A stretch of DNA of 58,724 nucleotides, the filler included, from Sphacelaria rigidula (lineage: Eukaryota): NCBI GenBank assembly GCA_964200075.2. It is 8 parts of 8 records of this genome, joined end to end, with 100 filler letters (N's around TTAATTAATTAA, not from the genome) between each part and the next. Parts side by side here need not be neighbours in the genome. Positions count along the whole stretch, not along the records: positions 7,355 to 14,607 come from CAXNAA020015752.1; positions 14,708 to 21,960 come from CAXNAA020015753.1; positions 22,061 to 29,313 come from CAXNAA020015754.1; 5 more parts are not named here. One strand, given 5' to 3'. Position numbers and translations under genes: made by a program. Positions 13,031 to 27,000 of this stretch are shown one piece after another. Positions within the stretch are counted from its first letter, which is position 1. Each line of letters opens with the position of its first letter. Under the pieces are notes generated by a model. That model was not told the origin of the DNA and ran no database searches. It worked only from the letters and a program-made list of their open reading frames with translations.

Positions 13031-15510
13031 TACGGCTCTAGGACTGATAGTTTATCCTTAATACATAGTGCCTCATTCTAAAACGGGAAAAATATTCCAC
13101 GTTCTTTCAAACATGAATCCAACACTATACTACCAAGAACTGAAAAAGAAAACCCGATCCCGTCAGGAAAAAACCTTTCGAGCCACGCACAGACGTCGCA
13201 AACTCGTCTACTTTAGCAATCGAAAGCTCAAACCCTGGGTATAATCAGTCCTTCGTAACCTATCCATGCTCCATTTCAACAATTGTTTGCGTCAGTCAGC
13301 ACAAAATAAATAGATATATGTGTGTCAATCTCAATCATTACCAGTTCCTAAATCTTCCTTGGAACAACCAAAAATTACACATGAATGCACAGTGGACGTC
13401 TTTTCATACTCCTCAGTTACCATGATGGCATTCAAGAACACACTCAACCTTCCAATACTCGAATCTGTCAAGAACGCACTATTCTCATGGTAGCAAGATG
13501 CTGTTGTCTATGTGAAATTCGATTCAACATACCGTCTACAACACGGTCTACATCAGGCAAGTGTCTACAGTCAACATGTGCAGTAAACCTGATATCATTG
13601 CACTGAACAAAAAATAACTCCTCGAAATAGTATGGAAAATAAACACTGCAAGATGAAAACTTGCAGCAGTGGCGTGTGTACCACTTCTCCTCGAGTTCCA
13701 AAACAGAATTCAACTTCAAATCGAATCAATTCTAATCAAAACACCAAAACTAGAGGTATGCTCGAATACAGATATATGTAGATTTCCTATCTATCCCAAC
13801 ATAAGAAAACAAGACCTGCTTTTGTTTGTACAACTCTGTACCCTAGAAAAACAAGACAAGTCACTTTCAAAACATCATTAGCCTCCCTGATGTCGACCAT
13901 CAATCAACTGCCTAGAATAGTTGATATTACCCACATCAGTGAATACTTGTAAGCTTGGATCCCTTCATGTCACAACAAAAAAAACATCTCTTCCGAACCT
14001 CCTTCACTTCATAACCCCTAGAATGCCCAGAGAAAAATGATGTACCAGTACACTCGTTCATTTCACAATAACTTGTACTGCTTATATCCTTTCAGGGAGA
14101 TACTTGGAACATGAAACCATTCTCTGTAAGCACTAAAAATATTGTAACCAAAAATAGCGGTTGATCAGTCCACTTCATTTCGAATTACTGATCTTTGATG
14201 CAAATTTCGCTCGTCATCCGGCCCGATAAATTCCCGAAATCGTCAAGCTCATCGTCCCACTTAGAATATTTTCTCTTTCACAAAACAATCAATCCCTGTA
14301 CACCAAAGTCCAAGTGCATGCAAAGAAGTCAAATTAGGAGTTACTCTGCATAAACAGGACTATCACCCTAACTATATCAGGACGGATATTACTCCTTGAA
14401 AAAAACGCCACACCCTGGAGAGAACATGACATAAATTGCTCCGTATTAGAACATCCCCCCCCGATTCAATATTACATATTGATTTGCAGGGAGTCTTGGT
14501 TCCAGGTAGCATATAACAGCCGATTTTATATTTTGAGGTTCATACAAAATGTGGGGCTGAAGTGGCATATCTGTCTTGCGCGAAAGACCCGAAACACTAG
14601 CGACCTANNNNNNNNNNNNNNNNNNNNNNNNNNNNNNNNNNNNNNNNNNNNTTAATTAATTAANNNNNNNNNNNNNNNNNNNNNNNNNNNNNNNNNNNNN
14701 NNNNNNNGGAGCGGTTGATTCTCATTTCAAAATACGTTCTCATTTTTCTGGCAACCCTGTTTGTTGCTGCTGCTGAGCTTTGATCCTAGAGCTATACCAC
14801 TCGAAGTATTGTTCAAAGTGGCCATGAAGTAAAGATCCCGTCACAAGAGCGTGCCACTTACCAGGGCCGAAAGGCTTTATGTTTGCTGCTTATGATATGC
14901 GTCTTCACCAGCCCTGAAGAACGCCCCTCTCTGGCGAGGACAGTAAACTACTGCAGGTGGAAACGATGTTGAATTCCCCTACCTTTCTACGTACGTCGCC
15001 TCGTTCCTGTGTGTAAGAAATGAAAAGGTATTCGTTGGTACTACAGTAGCACTGACATGACTATCAGCCAAACGGTTTCAGATTTTGACCGCGGTGCGTC
15101 TCCATCTGACGGTTTCATAAATGCGCGCGGGGAAAACTAGTACCTCCGCGTCTCACATATCGGAGGCATTCCCTGCTTAACGAACCAAGCAGGGTACCCG
15201 TATACAGTAATAATGATCCTGTTCGCAAAGTCATTTTCTTATGACCGTGATGAGTTCTTGTGATGGTGTCCTTGTTTGAGCTCGCATATCCCCCTGTGCT
15301 GCCTTCCTCAATCATGGCGATAAAACAGTCGACCCAAGACGGATCGTATCCGACCGAAGGTGTTCATTCAACGTCATCCGGGTGTTCACAGCTCCAACTT
15401 CGCATGAGGACTGCTATGATCATAAATAAGCACGGCCACAGTCTGTTCCGACGGTTACCCTTGCAACAATTCAAGTGTAATCATTCGAAAGTTACCTACC
15501 ATACAGCAGA

Positions 15511-15815
15511 GCCCCAGTGATCTTATGGTACAACTTACACCGTTAAGGCAGGAGAACGCGAGCTCGATTCCCGCCGGCTGCGTATACTGTAGTTCGGCTT
15601 TTTTCTCGAAAGTGTCTGACTTTCATCGTTGAAACAAGCCCGAGGATATAAATGCAAGTAGAGTATACTGGGCTCAGTCTATACGGCAGTCGACGCGGTG
15701 CGGGAGTCCTGATCCAACCCACGATATATGCTAAATGGTAAGGCGTGCACCAAGGGAGGCGTTGATCCCTTGAGACCACGGACTCGTCCCGAGGAGGGGA
15801 AGGGGTTAGAAGTGA
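15511..15815 (+). mobile_element. tRNA-derived SINE (family A)
   Basis: Degenerate A/B boxes (gccccagTGATCTTATGG...GCTCGATTCC); core gacgcggtgcgggagt; tail gttgatcccttgagaccacggactcgtcccgaggaggggaagggg. Confidence 0.75.
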
Positions 15816-15837
15816 AAACAACATATGATCTACAATA

Positions 15838-15875
15838 CTAGAAGGGCGCGCCTGGACATCGTCCAGTAGTGCAGG
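15838..15875 (-). mobile_element. Helitron-like 3' terminus (hairpin followed by CTAG|T)
   Basis: Minus strand reads ctggac-gat-gtccag hairpin, a 10-nt spacer, then CTAG followed by T. A related terminus is at 17682-17720. Confidence 0.55.
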
Positions 15876-17749
15876 ACGAGCAGCTTTTCTCCCGCACTAC
15901 TGGAGAACCTTCAATTGCGCCGTCCCCCATCTTACCCTGAACAAGAATAACAGCCGTACAATTGTTCCGCCCCCGCCAAGCCCTACAATAGAGCGACGCT
16001 GCCGCCACGAATGGCCCCAGGTGCGCCGCTCGTACACTACGATTATCCCGAACGAAGTAGTAGGATATGCGCCGCCGCCAAGTCTCGGTGTGGTCCTACC
16101 GCCAAGAGTGTAGCTTATGATCATTCTTGGCGGCGGCAGCGGCGGCGGCGGCGGCAGCGGCTGTACGGGAATTTGGTGGGCGTATTATCTTGAACGAAAA
16201 TAGTCGTACTTGCGCCACAGCCGAGTCTTGAAGTGACCCTGCCACGAAGAGTGACCCTGCGTACGCCGCCCCTACACGGCTCGGACGGAATAGCCGTATT
16301 TCCGCCCCTTTCGACCGTTCGTTAGAATAGCCCTACCGCCAAGGAGGATAGCTCTCATGGTCATTCCTGGCGGCGACTGTGCGAGAAATCGAGCATCGGC
16401 TCGAAGTTCGTCGGGTTGCTGAATTTCTCCAGTATAATATCTTGTTTTCGGGAGGTGGTGTCGTGACGTGGCTAAGAGTACAGTACAGCGCGCGGTCTTC
16501 TCACGCATTACACCAGCTCCCATGCGATGTATGGGCATCGCCACAGCTTCGAGGCTAGTGAGGGGGGGCTATCCCGGCATCACTCACATCAGCTTAAACG
16601 TTGTCACCTCGGCCTTCGAGTTGAATGACCTTCAGGTTGCTGGTCGGGGCTTCAACTTGAAGACCGGAGCTTCAGGTTGAAACTTGATACTTCATCTTGA
16701 TGATCTCTGGTATTAACGGCTACCCCAACTTGGAGATCCCGTAAAAGTTCCTGAATTCACTAAAGGGTATCAGGTCTAGCGGTAGCTCGTGTGTACTTTT
16801 TTTTTGTTAGTTCTCAGATTCCCCACGATGTGAAGACGTTCGGTTTTGATCCGTCCGTTTAGGAGCGTTTTTCATCACGATGAGACACAAAATGGAAGTG
16901 CTAAACCCATATCCGTCCGTGAACTATGTTCCATCGATGTCCGTCAATGAAATTTGTTACGTTCATGTCGGTCAATTCGACTTGTGGTCAGTGACTTGCT
17001 CGCAGTGTTCGACCCACGAGCTCTGTATGGGGACAGCAATAGATGAAATACACTCGCACAGTACAGTCCGTAGCCACCGTTCAAGCCAACGCACGGGGCA
17101 AACGGCTCCGGAGCGGACGAGATAACGCGCTTGCCATATTGCCAAGAGATACCGCACGCGACGCACATGTATGCAAAACCTCCTTCGTGTCCATTCCATG
17201 AGCCTCGTATCGACACACCAACACCTTTGATACGCTCGCTCAGTCCCTAGCCATCATTCAAGCCATCGCGCGCCTCGAACGAATGCAAAGCAGACGAGAA
17301 ACGTGCCTCGGCGGTCACCACGTCGTTGGGCTACATGGAGATTGCACTCCACAATACCAAAATATACGGAATGTACCGAGAGATGCGCTGATCCCTCGAC
17401 AGCACGGGCTCGTCCCGAGGAGGGGTGGGTGGGGGAAGACAAGTGTGTAGTGTGTGTGCAGTTATCCCATCTGTTCTTGGCGCCAATTTATACCCTTCGG
17501 TGCATGTAGTCACACCTGCCGGGGTCACACAGAAGGAAGGTCAATACAAGAGTTTGTTTTTCTTGTAGTGTCACACCTTCCTTTTTCGGTGCCTGCCGTC
17601 CTTTTCATCGCGACGAGGGTTCAGTGGTCCCTTTCCCTCGTACAAGTATGAAGAACATACAATACTCCGAGGGGTATAGTACTAGAAGGGCGCACCTAGC
17701 AGTACTTCGTTAGTGCAGCATGGAACCTTCTTTGTGTTAGTCGGTGGCC

Positions 17750-20700
17750 GATAGTCCCCATGCGATAGTAGTGTGGTCTCGAGAGCCCGCTTCATCAGTC
17801 TCCTTCCCTGTCCGGCCGTCTTACCTGAAGCCCTAGAAATGGCATTATCGATTGTTCATCTCCAGAGGGGTTATAATTTGGAGCCGAGATGTATCAGTGT
17901 ACGCTGTTTAGTCCTGGTGCATTTCTCACATTTTTTCTTGTCGAGTTTCCTTCAGCGAGTGTTTCATTTATTCGCGTTAGGTGCGTCTATCCCGTGACTC
18001 CTCACGGCTGGATTTGTGGTCGATCCGGCAATGAGCGATGATCAATGAAGCAACCGATTAAATCTCCACTGGACAAAACTGATCTGAGCACTTCGAACGG
18101 AGTTTACCTCACTCCAAATGTCAACATTCCCCCCTTCAAAACATGTTTGCACCGCACGAACGACACCTCCCACACACTGCACACCAACATGAGAGCACAC
18201 TACGTTTCAAGTGTTGTACAATCCCAGACAACCCTCACTGAAACGTACGCCCTGACTCCGGGGAAACCCCAACACGTGCCATTCGCCAAAAGGGACTACC
18301 TAGACACCATACCAACAAACTGATCTGCAAACTCGATACACTCAACAGGCAACTCCCCTCCTCTTGCGAAGGTCACGCCGCTTCCTCGACCCCTCCCCGT
18401 CTCCCCCTGTGTATTTGGATACCTGAAAATTTATGTTCAACACGAATACGCACATCACTACACAAGTCTGTGCCATGCTTGGAAACTCGTGCACGGATCC
18501 GGGCACAAGTCCTTCAGAACACAAAAATCTCAACGCTCTCTCTATACATCACTACGGGTGAACGGTGCGATCCGACCGACCTCGAACCGCTTCATCAAAA
18601 CAAGGAAAATGAAAAAAATAAAATAATAAGAAACGAAATCTTCCAGGAGAGACGGACCGCCAACGATCGGTTTGATCATGAAACTCAAGAACCCGACGAT
18701 GGCACATGCTGCCGCAACACAACAGATGCGTTTTCCTCCATATGGCAAACAGGGCAATATAAAGCCGGTCATCTTGCAAGAGAGTCTTGCATCGCCTTAG
18801 CAACCGCGCTTGAGAATTCATCACAGCCACGCAAACAACTGGGAACTTTTGTTGTCGCACAGGACAGTCGACGAACCTTCTCCAATTCCGTTGTTTGTAA
18901 AGCGCACGTTTGTCACGACCACCACTAGATATGTTGACAATCATTACACAGTACATGAATCGCAACGACAATAAAAACAACGTCCGTCATGGAACAAAAA
19001 CACAAGGAAACGAATCAGTACAGAGCACACCACAGGAATATTTCGTACATCGGGGGCATGTTTCTTATCGGAATCTATCACTGAAGTAGCCCTGACTTCA
19101 ACATAAAGTAAACTTTCATTGATGGTCAGACACGCGGCTCCAATCTCGAACTGGGTCAGAAAAAATGTTCACAACAAAGCTTACCAAGGTCAGCACTTGT
19201 TGATATTCTGCGCGATTTCGAAAAGATCGTTCACAACTCAAACCCCCCTCCCCCTTGTGCTCTCCTGTATGTCACGCCGCCGTGGTATGCCAGCAATGAC
19301 TTCGTTTATTCGCCATGACTCAAGCGTATGACGTCTTGACACGCTGCCAAGGGTATATGCAGACATGGTTCAGCGTGAGAGAATGTGAGCTAGGTGACAC
19401 AACAGGTGAGCCCATCCTTCTCGAGTAAGCCGCAAAACCCAACACAACGCGCATCAACCACTAAAACCTCAAAGTACGCTGTTGGTCGTTTGAGCTCTAG
19501 TGCCTCAAGACTCACGTAGGGGAAAACTGCAATTAAGAAAAAAAAACGGCACACAACAATGTTGAGAACACTACTGGATCTATTTCACAAGCGGCTGAGC
19601 AGACAAACCCAACCAAACCGATCGTGTGTACATGATGAGAATAGTGAGGAACAGAAAGATGCAAGACGCAAGACGCTTTCGCCTTTGCCCTACAGCGCGG
19701 GCGAGGGGAACAAACAACACGCATGTTCTATTTTGCACGCCATCACGACACAGGCTGACAAGTCACACGCCGACAACATTGAACAGCACTTTCTCCAAGC
19801 CACCGAAAAAAACAAGTGATCGTACGCCCCCTTTCAACCGGTCTGTCGCCCAGAACGACCTTTAACCATCGAATGGTTTGGTTCGCTTCCGTGACTGCAG
19901 GCACGGCCACGGCTTGAAAGCTGCTACTACTGCGATCTTCGCCACCCCACCCAAACAAGGAAACGAGTCCTTTGCGCGTAGACCGCTCAGGGTGTTAAAT
20001 CAGGCTCGACGTGATCCACACCAGCCCCTGAAGTCGATAGAGCTGAACAGGCCAACTCTCGACGGTGTCTCGCTGCTTGATCGTGAGTCCAAACCATTGG
20101 GTACGCCGAGTGGATATATTTCATGACCGATGGAACGGCCAAGTTGCTGTACTTCTCTGAAATTCTTGTACCGCCCTGCGCGCCTCCGCATCACCCGTAT
20201 GCAATGGTTGCCGGGATGATGGTCGTGAAGATCGTCCCGTGCGGAAACGACAAAGATACCACGAAACGGAACCACTTGGCGGGACTGTCAAGAATAGCAA
20301 ACGACATCAACACTCAGCACCATCAACTTTGGCGCGAACTGGGGTTCCCCTTCACTGCTGAACACAGCAATCCGAGAGCTGCCGTCACTAAGGCATGGCC
20401 GCTGCTGATCCACACAACACGACCGACGTCCGAAGCACACACGTCCACGTATTGTACACCAGCAGCAGAAGCGTCCCAAGCGAGGTCGATAGCAGAGGCG
20501 GGGGTGGAGCGACAGAGTGGCGGCGAGGGAAGGGTTCACAAATATATTCTCGAGATGTGGAAGAAACACGGCACACATACTTCTCTTTCCAAACCAAAGT
20601 GCTGCTACTTATGCCTATCTGGAATAAAACATATGATGCGTGAAGTTATTGCGTAGCATGGGTAGGATCCAACCATAGTGCGGGATGATCGCACTGGTGA

Positions 20701-21570
20701 ATCCATTCCACCCTTACAGGCCCCAAGCTGCATTGTACCGGTATGGTACAAATACTAGGCAACAGAATCGTAGCACCGACTGCAATTTTTATTAGAAAGC
20801 GGGGGGACCGGACCCCCCAGAGTGGGGAGGCAATATTGTGGGATCCGGGTCTTCACTGTACCCCAAAACGAGGCGTTTCGGACTCAGTACCACGTCATCA
20901 TGCAAACTACGTCTTCTATCCCAAAGTTCTTGCCATTCCAATCACTACACAAAGAGAGGGAAAGGTCCCGTCACACATACCGTGCGCGAAGACAAACATC
21001 CACCGCACGTTTTGAAGCATGAAGCTGTCGAGAGTGACTGCCGCGAAGCAGTCGAGGGGTGGGTGGGATTCCAAAAAATGAAGTGCTCGGCAGTCAACTG
21101 ATTCCACCTCGATGAAACGAAAATTTGTACGCCGAATGGAATGGTCTGCACAGTACCATTAGGGGCTACCAGGTACCACCAGCTCCTGACACGCGAGCCG
21201 TCCCAGAACGAAAATCACATCTCATTTTACGTTATATTAGTGCAAAGCCCCTGTGTTGATTCACTGACGTACGAAACATCAAGCACCTCGTTGAGCCACA
21301 GGGGGATGACCTTCCCAACATACTCGGCAAGCCATTAGGAGTGTTCATTGCAGAGCCTCCGAACAACTGCAAGGACGCTCTGAGCTCCGGTGCACCTACA
21401 CACTAAGACTGACCTCCGGAGGTATTTTTAGCAGCAGACACGGCAGCCTCCACGGCCGCCTGGTGCATTTCCATCCTCTCCAGCAACTCCCAGTCAACAT
21501 TCTTGGCCCTGTTTTTCCACTGACGCGCGATCGACGCCTTGATCTTCGCCAACAGCTGTGCATTTCCGAC
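17750..21570 (-). pseudogene. Degenerate multi-exon, short-intron gene with KDZ (Kyakuja-Dileera-Zisupton) transposase-like motifs
   Basis: Exon-like pieces translated by hand: QLLAKIKASIARQWKNRAKNVDWELLERMEMH (~21420-21555); WLAEYVGKVIPLWLNE; FVVSLSFPHGTIFTT...EKYSNLAV...MVWTHDQAAR (~20070-20290); VSKYTGGDGEGSRK (18342-18423, after a tttcag acceptor). In-frame stops are present. Confidence 0.45.
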
Positions 21571-22551
21571 GAAAAACGGGATATTGTATCATAAAGTTCC
21601 GCTCAAACTGAAGAAATGGGCGTAAACGACACCGATACATATGCAAGTCATGAAGCCACATGAAACTCTCGTAAACTCTGATATTATCGAGACAGAGGTG
21701 AGAAACACTGCGCCGCCGACAACGTTTTCAGTAAATAAAATGACGTTAGCGTCAACGCACTCGACATCAACAACAAACTACAGTAATACGCCTGCGACCA
21801 TTGAGAACCACAATCCAAGACACAGAGGTTTCATTGCCCAGGGATAACAAAGTAGGTATTCGTGTTCCTAGAAAGTTCACCAGAACACGTATTACCATGG
21901 AGAAGGGCGAGGGGGGTGTACTCATGATCATGCATGCCATAGTCATCAGACCATTGACCTNNNNNNNNNNNNNNNNNNNNNNNNNNNNNNNNNNNNNNNN
22001 NNNNTTAATTAATTAANNNNNNNNNNNNNNNNNNNNNNNNNNNNNNNNNNNNNNNNNNNNCATCACTACACAGTCAACGGTCATCATCCTGCTGATCACT
22101 ACATAGCACATCATGTAGGCGATATTTCGTCACAGTACTCTACTTTCCCCCTTCCCTTTCACGCCCTACTTACTGTGCTGCAGCAGCTGTGCGCATGCAA
22201 TGGTATTGTACAGTCGAGTACAGTTTATTTTTGTGAATATATATCCCGAGTGCGCAGTATCAACCGCGCGATGCTGAGATGTTGCATTATTCCCTGTATA
22301 TTGTTATGGTTTTGGTTTCGTCGACACGGAACTACGGGGTTTTCATCAGGTATATGGATCGATGACCGAGGTAAATTGCGTTCCGTGATCATGACGTCAG
22401 CTGCAACAAAAGCTTGCGTGCAGTATGTGGGACTTGAACAGCTGAAGCTGCTCGCGAGCAAGTTCTTTCTCCACCCAATTTCGGGTATTCTTGGTGTACA
22501 AATTCCATCTGCTATATACAGTTTATATGGGATTATCTGTACAGCTTAAGC

Positions 22552-22658
22552 TCTTCGAAATGAATCATTTTTCCCCTATTCCAAGTTTGGAATTAGGATT
22601 TATTTCGAATGAATCCTTTTTGCCCTATTCCAAGTTTGGAATTAGGATCTATTTCGAA
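22552..22658. repeat. Two tandem copies of a ~50-bp self-complementary unit
   Basis: ttcgaa(a)tgaatc...ccctattccaagtttggaattaggat(t/c)tatttcgaa occurs twice. Confidence 0.8.
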
Positions 22659-22800
22659 CAGCAGAGGCTGTCCAAATTCCAGATTCCCATTACACTTGTG
22701 CCTCTAAAAACAATTCGGGGGATTTCAGTGTTACTGACATGGACCTTCGAGGGCCCCAAAATTCAAGAGTACATAGAATACCTTTCATTCACTACGATTA

Positions 22801-23220
22801 CCACGCGTAGCTCCGTGTGTAACCGGTGGACTCTACAACGATGAAGTCGAGGGTTCGATTCCCAGTCCAACCTAATCGGTTATTTTTTCCGCCAGTATAC
22901 CTTGCGCCCGCAGCTGGATGTGGAGGGTAGTGTTTGTGCGTAAACACACTGCACAGCATTGCCAGCAGCGATGAAGTCTTCGCGGGGCGACGGAACCCTG
23001 TGATGCACACACTGTTCATGACCACTGTAGAGAAACCCTGTGGAGAGGAGCCCTGTAATGCACACTATTCATGGTCACTGTAGGGGAACCCTGTGGAGCT
23101 TCCTGTGCTACGCTGGGAAACACTGTACATTACGATTCCCGCCAGAAACACTGCGCAGGGTACGTAAACCCTGTAGACCCCCTCCACAGGGTGCAATCCG
23201 TCCACGTGTGTGCTCTTTTT
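22801..23220 (+). mobile_element. tRNA-derived SINE-like element (family B) with internal ~50-bp duplication
   Basis: gcgTAGCTCCGTG...GGTTCGATTCCC (A/B boxes), then duplicated ccctgt(g/a)atgcacac...ttcatg..cactgtag..aaccctgtggag. Confidence 0.6.
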
Positions 23221-24559
23221 ACAGTATAGAGAAGGGCTACCTTTGCGATTAGTGGTGGCGTGACTCAATCAATGATTGCCACTCAAAAAAGCCTCCATGA
23301 TTATATCATCAGCGAAGCTGATGATCGCCTCGTCCCACCAGCCGTAGCCTCGATGGGCTTGAGGCGCATAAAGAGGGGGGCGTACTCATTTGTTGCTTGC
23401 CTTAGTCGTGTGACCATTGACCACGCATCCCTTTCGAGACGGAGCATAAGAGGGGGGGAAATATTGAGGATATCTCTTTGCAGTAACATATCAGAGACTG
23501 ATGCCACACATGTATGCAGACCCAGCGCAAGCAGGGACAAGGTATAGGAACGATCCGGAAGTACCAGAGTACCGAGGACCCTCTAATGCCAACGTAACTA
23601 TAGACAACTTGGGTTGATGCCAGGAAGAGCCTAATATAGGACGGTCCAACATCCCCCAACGTCTGGGTCGCCCCTGGCGCCTACTCCTAGTCTGACCCCA
23701 CTTCTTGCCTACATATACAAGAGGAAATCATCGCCAGCCTCGGAGATCCTTCGGCATCAGGACGGCAGTCTTCCCCCGTAGGTCTCTGACTACTCTAGCG
23801 ATACGCCTTCCACACACATACGGTGGAATCGGATTTGCCCATACAGTACCGGATACGTACACGGCATCCATGTGGTCAACGATCTGAGAAAACATATCGT
23901 GTGGACAAATCGGAAAGGGGCGAATTCGATTCAACCGCATGTTGTCGATACGAAACCAATTTGAAAAGACACGGCCTCAAAATTCAATCCAAAAGCAATT
24001 TATCAGTAACCTAGAGCGGGCGTATTGTTACAAACAGAATCTGTATAGTGTAGGGTTATCGGCATTGGGCGTCGCAACTGGCTTACAGACAGGCGATATG
24101 TCTCATGGTCTCGAGCAAGCATCCAGTTGAGTCATTTCATGCGTATGCAAATACGTGATGACTAATATACCATGTTGATTATGCCGGAACATGCCTCAAC
24201 TACACCTCTGTTTGTGCACTGAATTCATTTATCAGTATACTATCGTGACGAACATATTTCAAATACTGACGTACCGAGTATGGTTCAGGGATCCGTACTG
24301 TATTGTCTCACCGTGTTCAGCGACCAACCCTCAAAAGCATAGCAAGAGGAAATACGTCCACCGCAGTACAGTGATTACAGCTCCAGAAGCGATTCAGTTT
24401 CTTTTTCATGGTGGTGGTTTTGATAGCCTCATCAATCAGATTCACATAAGCCCTTCGCTCGTTGTTTGCTCGTCTTTAAGAGAGTAAAACCACGGGTCGC
24501 AAAGGGTCATGAAAAACACGGTGCGCACGGAGGCGTGTCTGCAACCGTTACAACGGACA

Positions 24560-27000
24560 CCACTCCCTCTCCTCTAGTTTGAATACCCGTAGGTCACATC
24601 AACTAGCCCTCCGAGCCCATCAGTCGAATAGCTGGGCTCATCATTGTACTGCCCTTCCTCCATGTATGCCGCGATCCGGAACACCCCCCCTCAGACCTAG
24701 AGTTGACAAACCCTAGGGCTGAACGTGTTTCGATGATGGATCGCCGCGTTACCACATTCCTCGTCCTCGAGTATTCGACGTTGCTGTCGTGCAGCTGTCG
24801 ATCTTGGTAACCGCTCTGCCGGGTTAGATCACCTAGGGGATTCAAACACCGTACAGAAACGATCCCATCCAGTCCGGAGAAGTCCTTGATCTTGTTGACC
24901 GCTCTGCCGGGTTAGACCGCGTAGGGAGTTTAAACACCGTACAGAAACGATCCCATCCAGTCCGGAGGAGCTCTTGTTCCTGTTGATCGCTCTGGGCTGT
25001 CCGTAAACCGTTTGCGGATCTTGGTACATCGGGGAATCTACCGCGCAATGGAGCCCCTCTCTGCTCGACATGGCGTATCAGATGGACGTGGCCTGGTCTG
25101 CGGTTGATATAATTTCCCACAAGGCATGGGCACATCCAACTGTAACTCAGTGAAACTGTCCAAATCCTCTCCTCTGAAAGCCAGTGTGGCTCAGCTCCGT
25201 CGTGAAACAACCGTTGATGTTCTCACACTCACGACGATCCTGGGCCCAGCACTGCTTCCCCATCCGTCAGAGTATATAGTAGAGGTGTGGACGTGATGTC
25301 CTCAGCAAACCCTAAATCTGCCCCCCCAAGCTGGGTAACAGACCTCGCCTGGAAATTAGTGCTGTAGCTGTTCTGGGTGCACATGAAATTTCTTCACGTT
25401 GGCCACGAACACCGTTCGCTCTTGTACTTCACGCACCTGCATTTTGACTTCAAGATTGAGACCTGGTATCACCCCCTACTGCACCGTCCCCGGCCCAGTC
25501 TACAAGTCGTGTACTAATTTGGCCGGTACATCTTCGTTCAGAAAGGAGGTGTCAGACTCTTTGACTAGCATCATATATTATACCTCTTCCCTACGCCGGT
25601 GACGTTGGGTTAACAGCTCATGAACGTCCTTCAATTTTGTCGCTGTTGCTCTACCGTGTTATTCAACGGTAGGGATTCTGCTTCAGGTGACACAGAGTCG
25701 ACTTGGGTGCGAGGCTCGCGCTCAAAAGCAGCATCAATCGCGTTGGATTATGCGGCAGTGATTGGTCGGAAGTGGTATGATGAATCCATGCAGCAGGATG
25801 CACATACTCGTCCCACCATTCCAGACACTGCTCACATAGCTCAGTTAAAACGCCACGCAATCACTCTCCGTATCTTTCCAGGGCGCCCTGGTCGCGAGGG
25901 TGATCTGCGGGATCATGATCCAGTTTCACCTTAATCCACATGGCATACATGGTTTACTACTTCCGAAGTGAACTCCCCCCCAGCGTCACTTCAAAGAAAA
26001 TAGGGCGTTTCGAGCATCAAGAACAGTTTCAGCAGACCCTCAACTACGTGCGCAGTAACCTTGGGCTGCTAATGAAAGAGCAAAGACGACTTGGTTGCTT
26101 GATCCATAACAACCAACAAGTACTGGTTACCAGAAGTAGAAATCTGCTTTATGCCCGATATGTTCATCTACACCATCTCCCAGAACTACAAGAAGCGGGC
26201 GGGTCGCACCGTTATGGTGTGACTATTAGTACGTTTGCGTTGGTGACATCCACAAGACAGCACGTGTTTGCGAGTATCGACGGAAAGACCGGGTCACTCA
26301 TAGCGTGCGTCGACCACTACAGTCGTTTTCATCACTCCGGCGTCCCCTTGCGTAGTGTGCACCAACGCGAGCAGGCCAGGCACTATACTGCGTGGAATAG
26401 CCAACTTACTTGGTGCCCAACTTACCTGGCGCCCTAGGTGAGATATACCATAGACGATCATCATTTTGGAACGTATGATTTCTGCCTCTAACCTGTACCT
26501 TCGTCATTTTCTCCAACATTAACCTCTCCCTGATGAGCTCAAGCCGGGAGTCTCGCTCTTGCAGCAAAACTAGTCGCGGCTTGTTCATCAGAATCGCTCT
26601 CGCCTGCTCGAGAACGGTCTGAGGGCTACCTTTACCTGCTATCCGTGGCTCCTCAGGTGGAGTTTCCCCTTTCCAATCTGGTTTACTCCAACACAATCCA
26701 ACGCCTTCCAGTCCGCATCAGCGTATCACTTCTACGAACTCTTTGGCTGCCAAAATACTTCCTCTAGTTCCAACTGGAAAAATCCATTCGATAAATTAAC
26801 ACTCGTACAGTACTTGGATTCTGCTAGCCCACCATACATGGTCTGCATATCCCTCAAACTGTCACTGTATCACTCCAGAAGTTGGTTCAGTCCACGATAA
26901 TCTTGACATAGCCGTAAACTACCGTCCGTCTTTCTTTGGAACCGTGACGCAGGCGGCTGCCCATGCCAACGTCGATCAAACGTAGCCCGGGAATAGCTTG
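24560..27000 (-). mobile_element. Degenerate Ty3/gypsy LTR-retrotransposon remnant (RT N-terminus, integrase, 3' UTR, polypurine tract)
   Basis: Minus strand 26700-26970 reads WAAACVTVPKKDG/SLRLCQDYRGLNQLLE. 25620-26420 gives integrase motifs LALVHTT...HVLSCGC, YLLVVMDQATK, SDAGG/EFTSEVV, DHPRDQGALER, WDEYVHPAAW. A purine tract agaggagagggagtgg is followed by TGT at ~24559. Confidence 0.88.
24800..25000. repeat. ~89-bp tandem repeat (about 2.3 copies) in the gypsy 3' UTR
   Basis: gatcttg...ccgctctgccgggttaga...aaacaccgtacagaaacgatcccatccagtccggag is repeated. Confidence 0.85.

Noticed and set aside
22801-22875. tRNA gene (also 6770-6835, 12445-12518, 15511-15580)
   Set aside because: A/B boxes are present but no complete cloverleaf could be folded, and each continues into repeat-like sequence, so these are better read as SINE heads.
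24800-25000. CRISPR-like repeats (also 3714-3923, 7449-7517, 22552-22658)
   Set aside because: Only 2-3 head-to-tail units with no unique spacers and no cas genes, in a eukaryotic transposon context.
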